Source: Erysipelotrichaceae bacterium (lineage in GTDB: Bacteria; Bacillota_I; Bacilli_A; Erysipelotrichales; Erysipelotrichaceae). From it: a stretch of DNA of 64,000 nt. Below, one piece after another: positions 55,609 to 64,000 of the stretch. Within the stretch, counting starts at the first letter, position 1, and the number at the start of each line of letters is the position of its first letter. The stretch lies in the NCBI GenBank assembly GCA_017441765.1, contig JAFRVK010000030.1:21778-85777 (forward strand), given 5' to 3'. The translations under genes were made by a program, and so were the position numbers. Under the pieces are notes generated by a model. The model was not told where the DNA came from, did no database searches, and worked only from the letters and a program-made list of their open reading frames with translations.

Positions 55609-56328
55609 ATGGATATAAAGAAACATTATTTTGAGCTGATCAAAGAACGGATCCGGGATGCCTATGAACTTCAGGCAGATAAGATCAGAGAAGTGGCTGA
55701 GCTGTTTGGAGAGTGCGCTGAAAATGGCGGAGTCATTCAGCTATTTGGCGTGAAGCATGGCGAGGAATTCGTGAATGAGCTCAACTATCGCGCAGGCGGT
55801 CTGGCACCGTTCCATGCCTTGCGCCTGAGAGATATGATGCTGAAGAAGCTGATTGATCAGGACGACATCGATTCCGGCGTGATCTATGATGATCTGAGTC
55901 TAATCGACAAGTTTGATGAAGCCTTCATTATGGATGACAGGGATATGTATGTTCTGGTCAGTTACTATGGCAACGAGCCCGTGCTTCTGGAGATTGCACG
56001 CAGAGCGAAAAAGAGAGGCCAGAAGGTCGTGGCAGTAGTTAATAAGAAATCCTATGATCTGCATGATGGGAAACTGCTGGATTATGCGGATGTCTATCTC
56101 GATATGGATGCCGAGGAACCGGATCTTGCTCTGGATATCAGAGGCTATAAGGTAGGGCAGATCTCTTCGACCGTGACGAATGTCATCGCCCAGATGCTGA
56201 CGGCAGAATTCTATGACTACTATGTCAGACAGGGTAAAGAGGCTCCTATTCTCCTGTCTGCCAACATCAAGGGTGCCGACGTACATAATAATTCCCTGAC
56301 AGATCCTTATGGAAGGAGGATCAGATAA
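55609..56328 (+). CDS. SIS-domain protein (UPF0309-like), paralog 1, degenerate phosphate-binding motifs
   Basis: Same length and architecture as the next two genes. However it has FGVKHGEEF instead of FG(S/T)GHS, and SYYGNEP instead of SNSG. Confidence 0.78.
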   Translation: MDIKKHYFELIKERIRDAYELQADKIREVAELFGECAENGGVIQLFGVKHGEEFVNELNYRAGGLAPFHALRLRDMMLKKLIDQDDIDSGVIYDDLSLIDKFDEAFIMDDRDMYVLVSYYGNEPVLLEIARRAKKRGQKVVAVVNKKSYDLHDGKLLDYADVYLDMDAEEPDLALDIRGYKVGQISSTVTNVIAQMLTAEFYDYYVRQGKEAPILLSANIKGADVHNNSLTDPYGRRIR

Positions 56329-57056
56329 TGGTAGACGCAAAGAGATTTTTGGATGAAGTCAGCAGCCTTCTGGATACCTTGTATGAAACACAGAAGGAAG
56401 CTCTGGAGGCGACTGCTCAGGCGATGAAGGAATGCATCGAACAGGGAGGAATCATCCATGTCTTCGGTTCCGGACATTCTGTCGGATTGGGCATCGATAT
56501 CAAGAACCGCAATGGTGCGATCGTTCCGGTCCATATCATGGAGATGTCGGATTTTGTGACCAAAGGCGGAGTCAGCGTTGAGGAGTTTATGGATAAGAAT
56601 GATATCTTCGAACGCAAACCGAATGTGGCAGACAAGCTCTATGGACTCTATAATATACAGCCGCAGGATATCTTCTTCGTGATCTCCAATTCCGGCATCA
56701 ACGGGATCGTCATCGATATTGCCGATCTGGCGAAGAAGAACGGACACAAGGTGGTCATCATCACTTCGATGAAACATACCCTGGCGGAAGAACCGAGACA
56801 CCCTTCTGGGAAGAAACTCTATGAATTCGGGGATATCGTGATCGACAACTGCGGTCCGCATGGCGATGCCTTGCTGGAAACGGATGGCGTCGCGAAAGTC
56901 TGTTCCGTTTCTTCCATCTGCAACAACTGCATCGCTCAGGCATTGTCCGCGCGTACGGCGGAACTGCTGCTGGAAGACGGCTATGAACTGCCTTATCTCA
57001 ATGGCGAGAACGGCCATGATACGGCTTTGATCAGAAAATATGAAGGGAGAGCATAA
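56328..57056 (+). CDS. SIS-domain protein (UPF0309-like), paralog 2
   Basis: IIHVFGSGHSVGL and VISNSGINGIVID motifs. TAATG overlap with paralog 1. Confidence 0.85.
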   Translation: MVDAKRFLDEVSSLLDTLYETQKEALEATAQAMKECIEQGGIIHVFGSGHSVGLGIDIKNRNGAIVPVHIMEMSDFVTKGGVSVEEFMDKNDIFERKPNVADKLYGLYNIQPQDIFFVISNSGINGIVIDIADLAKKNGHKVVIITSMKHTLAEEPRHPSGKKLYEFGDIVIDNCGPHGDALLETDGVAKVCSVSSICNNCIAQALSARTAELLLEDGYELPYLNGENGHDTALIRKYEGRA

Positions 57057-57776
57057 ATGTTATTTGAATACGGTGATAAGATCCTTGAAGTAATGAAACT
57101 CGCGGAAGAGAAAAACAAGGATACGATTAAGGAACTGGCGGAAAAGATGGCAGAAAACATCGAGAATGACAAGATGATTCATACTTTTGGTACGGGTCAT
57201 TCGCATATGCTGGGTATTGAACTGTTCGCCAGGGCAGGCGGCTTAGGCAACGTGGATGCGATGCTGGATCCGGATACGCTGACTTCGTTTGGCGCACAGA
57301 GATCCGGCGCCATGGAGAAGACTTCCGGCGTTTCCGATGTCATCTACGATTCCTACAATATTGAAAAGGGCGATATGATGATCATCACGTCCAATTCCGG
57401 AAGGAATGCGATGCCGATCGAAATGGCGATGCGCTGCCAGAAGGAAGGCGTCTATGTAGTGGCCATGACCAATCTGGATCAGTCCATGCACACGACATCC
57501 AGACATCCTTCGGGAAAGAAGCTTTACGAATGTGCGGACTGCGTCATCGATACCTGTGTCCCTGCCGGAGATGCCTCGATGGATATCGGCGGGATCAAGA
57601 CGGGGCCTGCTTCTTCGATCGTTTCGATGTTCCTGATCAATACGGTCGTAAGTGAAGCGATCAAGATCGTTCTGTCTCATGGTAAGCGTCCGTATGTCTT
57701 CCAGTCACAGAATGTCGATGGCTATGACAATGATGCGATCTATGAACACTTCAAAGGAAGAGTGAAACATTTCTAG
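57057..57776 (+). CDS. SIS-domain protein (UPF0309-like), paralog 3
   Basis: MIHTFGTGHSHML and ITSNSGRNAMPIE motifs. The ATG directly follows the paralog-2 stop. Confidence 0.85.
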   Translation: MLFEYGDKILEVMKLAEEKNKDTIKELAEKMAENIENDKMIHTFGTGHSHMLGIELFARAGGLGNVDAMLDPDTLTSFGAQRSGAMEKTSGVSDVIYDSYNIEKGDMMIITSNSGRNAMPIEMAMRCQKEGVYVVAMTNLDQSMHTTSRHPSGKKLYECADCVIDTCVPAGDASMDIGGIKTGPASSIVSMFLINTVVSEAIKIVLSHGKRPYVFQSQNVDGYDNDAIYEHFKGRVKHF

Positions 57777-57781
57777 AAACG

Positions 57782-57807
57782 AAGGCTCCTAAGGAGCCTT
57801 TTTCTTT
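57782..57807 (+). terminator. Intrinsic terminator after the SIS operon
   Basis: AAGGCTCC-taa-GGAGCCTT followed by TTTCTTT. Confidence 0.8.
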
Positions 57808-57829
57808 CCTCCATGTATAATGGAAATGA

Positions 57830-58918
57830 ATGAAGGAACTGAAGAAACAGGAAATCGACCGATTGGTAGACTGGTATCGTCTGAATAAACGGATCCTGCC
57901 TTTCCGGGATACGGATGATCCTTATGATGTGTGGATCTCTGAGATCATGCTTCAGCAGACAAGAATCGAGGCTGCAGTTTCTTATTTCCTGCGTTTTAAA
58001 AAAGAGATCCTTGATATCGATACATTGGCTGGAGTCGATGAAGACAGGCTTCTGCGTCTTTGGGAAGGGCTGGGATATTATTCCAGAGCCCGCAATCTGA
58101 AGAAATGCGCTCAGATCCTGAAAGAAGAACATCAGGGAAAGATCCCCGAGGAGCATGATGCACTGCTGAAGCTGCCGGGGATCGGACCGTATACCGCAGG
58201 AGCGATCCTGGCGATCGGTTTCGGGAAACCGTATCCTGCCATCGACGGAAACGTGTTGAGAGTCCTCGCGAGGTATCTGGGAATCACGGAAGACATCCGT
58301 TCAGATGCAGTCAGAAAAAAACTGGAGATCATTGTTTCCACTTTCTATAAGAAGGAAGAAATCAATGATAAGCAATACGTCCGCGATCTGACGCAGTCAT
58401 TCATGGAACTTGGAGCGATGGTATGCATCCCGAATGGAAAGCCTTTATGTATGGATTGTCCGTTAAGAAAGAATTGTTATGCCTGTCAGAACGGCCTTAC
58501 CGATCAGATCCCTTATCGAAGCAAACCGAAAGAACGGAAGATCATAGAAAGAACGCTGTTTATTATCCGTATAGGCGATAAGTTTCTGCTGACAAAGCGT
58601 CCCAAGAAGGGACTGCTGGCAGGGATGTATGAATTCATGGGAATCGATCAGATGCTGAATGAAAGAGATGTCGAAACATATCTGAAAGAAAGAGGACTGA
58701 TCATTTCGAAGATCATGAAGCTTCCTTCTTCAAAACACATTTTCAGTCACGTGGAGTGGCATATGGATGCCTATGAGATCAGTATTGCAGACGGGGATAT
58801 CCCTTTGGTAAAGGAACAGATCCTCGTCAGCAAAGATCAGCTTCAGGAACTAGCCATCCCATCGGCGTTTAAGACCTATATCGACTATTATGCTTTAAGA
58901 GAAGGAGAACATCTATGA
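57830..58918 (+). CDS. mutY: A/G-specific adenine DNA glycosylase
   Basis: HhH-GPD (LPGIGPYTAGAI), 4Fe-4S Cys cluster (CIPNGKPLCMDCPLRKNCYAC), and a NUDIX-like C-terminus. Confidence 0.92.
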   Translation: MKELKKQEIDRLVDWYRLNKRILPFRDTDDPYDVWISEIMLQQTRIEAAVSYFLRFKKEILDIDTLAGVDEDRLLRLWEGLGYYSRARNLKKCAQILKEEHQGKIPEEHDALLKLPGIGPYTAGAILAIGFGKPYPAIDGNVLRVLARYLGITEDIRSDAVRKKLEIIVSTFYKKEEINDKQYVRDLTQSFMELGAMVCIPNGKPLCMDCPLRKNCYACQNGLTDQIPYRSKPKERKIIERTLFIIRIGDKFLLTKRPKKGLLAGMYEFMGIDQMLNERDVETYLKERGLIISKIMKLPSSKHIFSHVEWHMDAYEISIADGDIPLVKEQILVSKDQLQELAIPSAFKTYIDYYALREGEHL

Positions 58919-59850
58919 AACTGGCAATCTTCGGTTGCGGCAATATTGCCAAACGCATCGCTGCGTCATGTCTGAAAGTCGAAGAAATCGACCTGGTCGG
59001 TTTCGCATCCAAGGATATTGAGAAAGCCAAAGCGTATGCAAAAACCTATGGATGCAGAGACTTTGGAGATTATGATCATTTTCTGAACGGCGATATCGAT
59101 GCAGTCTATGTGGCAACATACAATCCTTCCCATTACGAACTGATCAGGACCTGTCTTGAATACCACAAATCCGTGATCTGCGAGAAGCCGATGCTTTCAA
59201 CAGAGGAAGAGACCAGGAAACTGTTTGAACTGGCAGAACGAAACGGTGTGACGCTGATGGAAGCCTTGAAGTCGGTCTTCCTTCCTTTGAATATCCGCAT
59301 CCGGCAGATGATCAAAGACGGAACGATCGGAGAGATCCGGGAAGTCTATGCGGCTTTCATGAGATGCGGACACCATCCGGAAACGCACTGGATCAACGAA
59401 AAAAAGACAGGTGGTGCTTTGAAGGATCTCGGATCTTATACGGTCGGTACACTGAATTATCTGATGAACCTGCGGCCAGAACTGGTATATCTTGAGACCG
59501 ATGCGACAGCAGACAGAGCCGATACGACTGCATATGCCGATCTGCGATACGGAAACGTCAAAGGAAGGATCGCTGTATCCAACAGGCTGGATGGCGATAC
59601 GACGCTGATCATCACAGGATCCAAAGGCATCATTCAGGCAGACAACTTCTGGAAGACCGGTAGAGGCTTCTATACCGTAAACAATGAAAGATATGAGCTG
59701 GATGAAGAATGCATCTCAGATTTCTATTATGAACTGAAGCATTTCGCCGGGTTGGTCGATCAGAAGAACGCACAGTCTCCGGTCATGTCCATGCAGGCAT
59801 CGCTGGATATCCTGCATATCACCGCATCTGATGGAGAAGCAAATGAATAG
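58915..59850 (+). CDS. Gfo/Idh/MocA-family oxidoreductase
   Basis: MKLAIFGCGNIAKR Rossmann motif and EKP motif (ICEKPM). Confidence 0.88.
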   Translation: MKLAIFGCGNIAKRIAASCLKVEEIDLVGFASKDIEKAKAYAKTYGCRDFGDYDHFLNGDIDAVYVATYNPSHYELIRTCLEYHKSVICEKPMLSTEEETRKLFELAERNGVTLMEALKSVFLPLNIRIRQMIKDGTIGEIREVYAAFMRCGHHPETHWINEKKTGGALKDLGSYTVGTLNYLMNLRPELVYLETDATADRADTTAYADLRYGNVKGRIAVSNRLDGDTTLIITGSKGIIQADNFWKTGRGFYTVNNERYELDEECISDFYYELKHFAGLVDQKNAQSPVMSMQASLDILHITASDGEANE

Positions 59851-60514
59851 AAAGAGAATCATCACGGCAGTTCTGATGGCGATCCTGTCCCTGCTGGTGA
59901 TGACTTATATCGAAAGGATCGTGCAGCCGGGATACTGGATCAAGAGTCTGGTGAAACTTTTCATGTTCGGAGGGTCCATCCTTCTTTATGCTTTTGTTTT
60001 CAAAGAAGAAGTTCCGGAATTGATCCATCTGAAGAAGAAACGGCCTTCAAAGAAACTGATCCTGTTTATGGCATTTGCTTATGCCGGGATCATCGTCCTG
60101 TATCTTCTGCTCAGCAGATACATCGATCTTGACAGCATCCGGGATAACCTGATGAAAAAGGAGCATCTTTCCAGGCAGAACTTCCTGTTCATCTTTTCCT
60201 ACATCATCCTGATCAATTCGTTTCTGGAAGAAAGCTTCTTCCGCGGTTTCCTCTATCAGGTATTCAAGGAACAGAAGCTGGAAAAGACAGGCATCCTCTT
60301 CAGTGCCCTGGTCTTTGCGTTGTATCATATAAGTATCATGGATGGATGGTTTCATCCGATCATCATGCTGCTGGGAATTTCCGGTCTGTTTCTGGTCGGG
60401 ATCTTCCTGCAGATCATCATGAAAAGGGAGGACAACCTGCTGGGGAGCTGGCTGGTCCATGCGTTTGCGAATCTTGCGATCAATACGATCGCAACGATAA
60501 TGCTGTTTTCATAG
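59843..60514 (+). CDS. CPBP-family intramembrane glutamic endopeptidase
   Basis: EESFFRGFLY, FALYH and HAFANL motifs. GGAG lies 6 nt upstream of ATG 59843. The track start at 59831 is also possible. Confidence 0.82.
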   Translation: MNRKRIITAVLMAILSLLVMTYIERIVQPGYWIKSLVKLFMFGGSILLYAFVFKEEVPELIHLKKKRPSKKLILFMAFAYAGIIVLYLLLSRYIDLDSIRDNLMKKEHLSRQNFLFIFSYIILINSFLEESFFRGFLYQVFKEQKLEKTGILFSALVFALYHISIMDGWFHPIIMLLGISGLFLVGIFLQIIMKREDNLLGSWLVHAFANLAINTIATIMLFS

Positions 60515-60529
60515 AAAGGGAGAATCAAT

Positions 60530-61681
60530 ATGATCATTCAAAGCAAAAGGGTTTATTTTGAAGAAAAACTACAGCCGAAGCAGATTGAGATCAGAAAGGA
60601 CAGGATCGTCGGTGTGTATCCTTACGGACTGTTCAAGGCGGATAAGGACTATGGAGACCTGATCATTACGCCTGGCCTGTGCGATGTGCATAATCATGGC
60701 TACAATGGAGAGAACTCCAATTACGCCACAAGAAAGTGGCTGAAGGAATGGACGGAATATCTGCCTTCGGAAGGCGTGACAGCGACACTGGCATCGATCT
60801 CGTCCTTTCCGAAAGAAGGCCTATTGAAAGCGTTAAAGAATATCGGTGATTTCATCGATCACGACAATAAGAATGGGACGCATATCCTTGGCGTGTATGA
60901 GGAAGGACCGTTCATCTGTTCCACCAAGGAAAGAGGGGCGCAGAGCCTTGCTTACCAGATCATTCCGACCAAAAAAGTCATCGATGAATTCAATGATGCC
61001 TGCAACGGTCATCTGATCTATGTCATGATCGCGCCGGAGATGCTGAAGGGGAATTACGGAGTCATCGATTACTGTGTATCGAAAGGGATGAAAGTCGCTC
61101 TGGGTCATACGGGTGCCACTTTCGAGATCTGCAAGGAAGCGATCGAACATGGGGCTACTTCATTTACGCATACCTACAACGGCATGAAAGGCCTGCATCA
61201 CCGTGAACCGGGCGTGGTAGGCGCAGCGATGTATCATGACAGCTGCTACGCGGAATGTATTTGCGATGGCATCCATGTGAACAAAATCGCAGCCAATGTC
61301 CTGGCAAAGACCAAGGGCAAGGATAAGCTGATCCTGATCACGGACTCAGTCACGATCAAAGGATTCAAGCCGGGAGTGTATACATACGAAGGAAAAGATG
61401 ATTCGGTTACCGTCACGGATAAAGGCGTCGCCTATCTGACAGGTACGGATACCCTGTCCGGTTCCTGCCACAAACTGAATCACATTCTGGATTATGCGAT
61501 CCATGAAGCGAAGATCGATGAGGTTACGGCACTGAATGCGGTCACGATCAACCCGATGAGGATGCTGGGGATCAATGACCGCGGTCTGATCAAAGAGAAC
61601 TACCATGCCGATCTTGCGGTATTTGATGATCGTTTCGAGAATCAAGCAACCTATATCAATGGCAAGGAATGGAAACGATAA
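60530..61681 (+). CDS. nagA: N-acetylglucosamine-6-phosphate deacetylase
   Basis: GLCDVHNHG metal-binding motif, HTGATF, and HTYNGM. Length 383 aa. Confidence 0.92.
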   Translation: MIIQSKRVYFEEKLQPKQIEIRKDRIVGVYPYGLFKADKDYGDLIITPGLCDVHNHGYNGENSNYATRKWLKEWTEYLPSEGVTATLASISSFPKEGLLKALKNIGDFIDHDNKNGTHILGVYEEGPFICSTKERGAQSLAYQIIPTKKVIDEFNDACNGHLIYVMIAPEMLKGNYGVIDYCVSKGMKVALGHTGATFEICKEAIEHGATSFTHTYNGMKGLHHREPGVVGAAMYHDSCYAECICDGIHVNKIAANVLAKTKGKDKLILITDSVTIKGFKPGVYTYEGKDDSVTVTDKGVAYLTGTDTLSGSCHKLNHILDYAIHEAKIDEVTALNAVTINPMRMLGINDRGLIKENYHADLAVFDDRFENQATYINGKEWKR

Positions 61682-62568
61682 TGGAAACTGACAAGCTGCA
61701 GACAGAACAGCGTAACGACAAGACGATGAATCTCGATCTTATGAGTGTGGAAGAGATCGTCGCTTTGATGAATGAGGAAGATCTCAATGTCTATGAAACG
61801 ATCAAGGAAGCAAGACCCGCCATTACAGAACTGATCGATGCGACAATCACTGCCTACAACAATGGCGGCCGTATCATCTATCTTGGAGCAGGGACTTCCG
61901 GAAGACTAGGACTGATGGATGCGGTGGAAGTCGTTCCTACCTATAATTCCGACCGTTTTGTCGGTCTGATTGCTGGAGGAGATATGGCTTTTGTCAAGGC
62001 AGTAGAGGGAGCCGAGGACAGCAAGGATCTTGCCGTATCCGATCTGAAGAATATAGGTCTGTGTGACAAGGATTTGGTCATCGGAATTGCCGCAAGTGGC
62101 AGGACACCTTATGTCATTGGCGGTCTGGAGTATGCCCGCAGCATCGGCTGCGTGACCGGATGCATCTGCTGCAACAAGGATACTGCGATCGGAAAGGTCT
62201 CCGATCACAAGGTTGAAGTGGATGCCGGTCCGGAAATATTGACGGGATCTACCAGATTGAAATCAGGAACCTGCCAGAAGATCATCCTGAATATGGTCTC
62301 GACGGTCACGATGATCAAAGTTGGCAAGGTCTATGGCAATCTGATGGTAGATGTCAGGGCTACGAATGAGAAGCTGGTGGAACGCTGTCACAGGGTCGTC
62401 ATGGAGGCGACGGGCTGTACCTATGAAACAGCAGCAGATGCTTTGAAACAGACCGGTAACAGCTGCAAAACAGCAATCGTCATGATCCTGCTAGGTCTGG
62501 ACAAAGAAGAAGCGATAAAACGTCTTGAAGAAGCTTCAGGAAATATCAGGAAAGCTATCGGTCAGTGA
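61681..62568 (+). CDS. murQ: N-acetylmuramic acid 6-phosphate etherase
   Basis: SIS motifs (GAGTSGRLG, IAASGRTPY) and TGSTRLKSGT. TAATG overlap with nagA. The track start at 61669 is an alternative. Confidence 0.92.
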   Translation: METDKLQTEQRNDKTMNLDLMSVEEIVALMNEEDLNVYETIKEARPAITELIDATITAYNNGGRIIYLGAGTSGRLGLMDAVEVVPTYNSDRFVGLIAGGDMAFVKAVEGAEDSKDLAVSDLKNIGLCDKDLVIGIAASGRTPYVIGGLEYARSIGCVTGCICCNKDTAIGKVSDHKVEVDAGPEILTGSTRLKSGTCQKIILNMVSTVTMIKVGKVYGNLMVDVRATNEKLVERCHRVVMEATGCTYETAADALKQTGNSCKTAIVMILLGLDKEEAIKRLEEASGNIRKAIGQ

Positions 62569-62581
62569 CCGGTAGTTTTTT
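62557..62581 (+). terminator. Probable terminator after murQ
   Basis: ATCGGTCA-g-TGACCGGT imperfect hairpin overlapping the stop, followed by AGTTTTTT. Confidence 0.5.
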
Positions 62582-62626
62582 ATCTGTGCATAAAATACGC
62601 TATAATAGGTGAATAAGGAGCTTGAA

Positions 62627-63385
62627 ATGGTAGATATCTTCAAAACGAGCATCAAACAGCTGACAGGACGGGAGAAACGCAAAGTCTATGTCTATGTGCC
62701 TGATTATGAGGGACAGTTCCCCGTATTGTATATGTTCGATGGACATAATCTTTTTGATGACGAAGAAGCTTCTTTCGGAAGATCCTGGCGTCTGAGGGAT
62801 TATCTGGATGAGAACAGAGTCCCGTTGATCGTAGTAGGAGTAGAATGCAATCATCATAAAGAAACAGATAAATGCGGGGGACGTCTTTCCGAGTATTCAC
62901 CTTTCGATTTTTATGATCCGCATTTCGGAACGATCAAAGGCAGAGGAAAGATCACGATGGACTGGTATGTGAACGAGCTGAAACCTTACATCGATGACAA
63001 TTATCCGACTCTAAGCGATCGCAAGCATACTTTCATTTCCGGTAGTTCGATGGGCGGCCTGATGACGCTGTATGCGATCAGCGAATACAACGATATCTTC
63101 TCCAGAGGAGCAAGTCTTTCTCCGTCATTATCCTTTGCGCCGATGGCGGTCAAAGAGACGCTCAGGAAGACCCGTTTCAAGCGCAATACCGTCCTTTATA
63201 TGGACTATGGCGAGAAGGAACTTCCTTACATGTATGCCCGCGAATACTTCGGTGAAGTATCTGAAATCCTGATCAATAAGAACGTATTGCTGACAAGCCG
63301 TATCGTACCGGGAGGCAAGCACAACGAGGAATCCTGGGAACAAGCGATCCCGTTCTTTATGGATGTTCTGTTTTATAAATTATAG
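62627..63385 (+). CDS. Esterase-family alpha/beta hydrolase (putative esterase, PF00756-like)
   Basis: AAGGAG SD lies 6 nt before ATG 62627. Nucleophile elbow GSSMGG. Confidence 0.78.
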   Translation: MVDIFKTSIKQLTGREKRKVYVYVPDYEGQFPVLYMFDGHNLFDDEEASFGRSWRLRDYLDENRVPLIVVGVECNHHKETDKCGGRLSEYSPFDFYDPHFGTIKGRGKITMDWYVNELKPYIDDNYPTLSDRKHTFISGSSMGGLMTLYAISEYNDIFSRGASLSPSLSFAPMAVKETLRKTRFKRNTVLYMDYGEKELPYMYAREYFGEVSEILINKNVLLTSRIVPGGKHNEESWEQAIPFFMDVLFYKL

Positions 63386-63393
63386 GAGTTACC

Positions 63394-64000
63394 ATGAAAG
63401 TCGATTACTATGAATTCTACAGCGAGAATCTGAACCGCAATATGCCGATCAAAGTCTATGGCCATCAGGGCAAGCCGATCCTGTTCATCCCCTGTCAGGA
63501 CGGACATTGCTACGACTTTGAGAATTTCGGGATGACCGATACTTTCCACGACTGGATCGAAGGAGGAAGATGTGTCGTTTATGCGATCGATACGATCGAT
63601 ATCGAGACCTGGAGCGCAAACGATAAGAATCCCTATGACAGGATCCGCCATCATGAAGCATGGATCAACTATATCACCAGGGAAGTCGTACCTTTCATCC
63701 GTTCGGACTGCAATGCCAAGAACGACTGGGACGGCTATCCCGGGATCATGACTTTCGGCTGTTCCATGGGAGCGACGCATGCCCTGAATCTGTATCTGCG
63801 TTTTCCTGATCTCTTCGATCGCTGTCTGGCTTTGAGCGGAATCTATAATGCTTCCTTCTTCCTTGGCGACTACATGGATGAAGTGGTCTATCAGAATTCC
63901 ATTACCGACTATCTCAGCAACATGGACAGGAACCATCCGTTCATTGCCCGCTATAACAACAATAAGGCTGTGGTCTGTGTCGGCATGGGTGCCTGGGAAG
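63394..64000 (+). CDS. Second esterase-family alpha/beta hydrolase (3' end outside window)
   Basis: AGGAG SD precedes ATG 63394. Open to the window end. The translation MKVDYYEFYSENLNRNMPIKVYGHQGKPILFIPCQDG...FGCSMGATHAL carries a GxSxG elbow. It is absent from the track because no stop is reached. Confidence 0.78.
   Translation, partial: MKVDYYEFYSENLNRNMPIKVYGHQGKPILFIPCQDGHCYDFENFGMTDTFHDWIEGGRCVVYAIDTIDIETWSANDKNPYDRIRHHEAWINYITREVVPFIRSDCNAKNDWDGYPGIMTFGCSMGATHALNLYLRFPDLFDRCLALSGIYNASFFLGDYMDEVVYQNSITDYLSNMDRNHPFIARYNNNKAVVCVGMGAWE

Noticed and set aside
63373-63936. 187-aa minus-strand ORF at the window end
   Set aside because: The plus-strand frame from ATG 63394 (AGGAG SD) encodes an esterase-family protein paralogous to the preceding gene. 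It is missing from the track only because it runs off the window without a stop.
1-64000. Searched by eye for CRISPR repeats, IS/transposase or integrase genes, prophage modules, tRNA/rRNA genes and long direct or inverted repeats
   Set aside because: None were found. The only repeats noted are the padR promoter duplication and short shared promoter 16-mers. The window looks like core chromosome with a few accessory insertions.

Overview
64-kb chromosomal segment from a low- to mid-GC Bacillota (Firmicutes) genome. The lineage guess of Erysipelotrichia-like is low confidence and rests only on gene content and synteny.

I call about 70 protein-coding genes, tightly packed and mostly on the + strand.

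Recognisable housekeeping content:
- rpoC 3' end
- T-box-controlled metQ-metN-metI
- SAM-I riboswitch in front of an ECF transporter, followed by two DUF62 SAM-hydrolase paralogs
- two SPFH/band-7 loci
- pepC, uvrB, rapZ-yvcK-whiA, rlmA, gmk
- an Fe3+/polyamine-type ABC importer
- rpsD, ezrA-nifZ-thiI, an M24 aminopeptidase, GH2
- a GHMP kinase plus nucleotidyltransferase pair, mntP, a PadR operon, rhomboid
- an orphan PTS EIIA-Man, mutY, nagA-murQ and esterases

I saw no rRNA, tRNA, CRISPR array, transposase, integrase or phage structural gene.

Most noteworthy observations:
1. A stand-alone two-gene operon encodes an Hsp70/actin-fold ATPase with a membrane hairpin and a 2-TM partner with a GrpE-like tail (30985-33773).
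2. An S-box riboswitch is linked to a UPF0397-type ECF module and tandem SAM hydrolases.
3. At least 15 genes show a TATAAT-N6-8-ATG arrangement with no Shine-Dalgarno, implying leaderless mRNAs.
4. A 670-aa orphan protein has a TerD-like C-terminal domain, next to three tandem SIS (UPF0309-like) paralogs, one of them degenerate.
5. A five-gene SPFH operon carries two unannotated small proteins.
6. The padR promoter/operator/SD is duplicated.
7. A GH1 gene relic retains its cre operator.

All calls rest on by-eye motif recognition. No database search or folding program was run.
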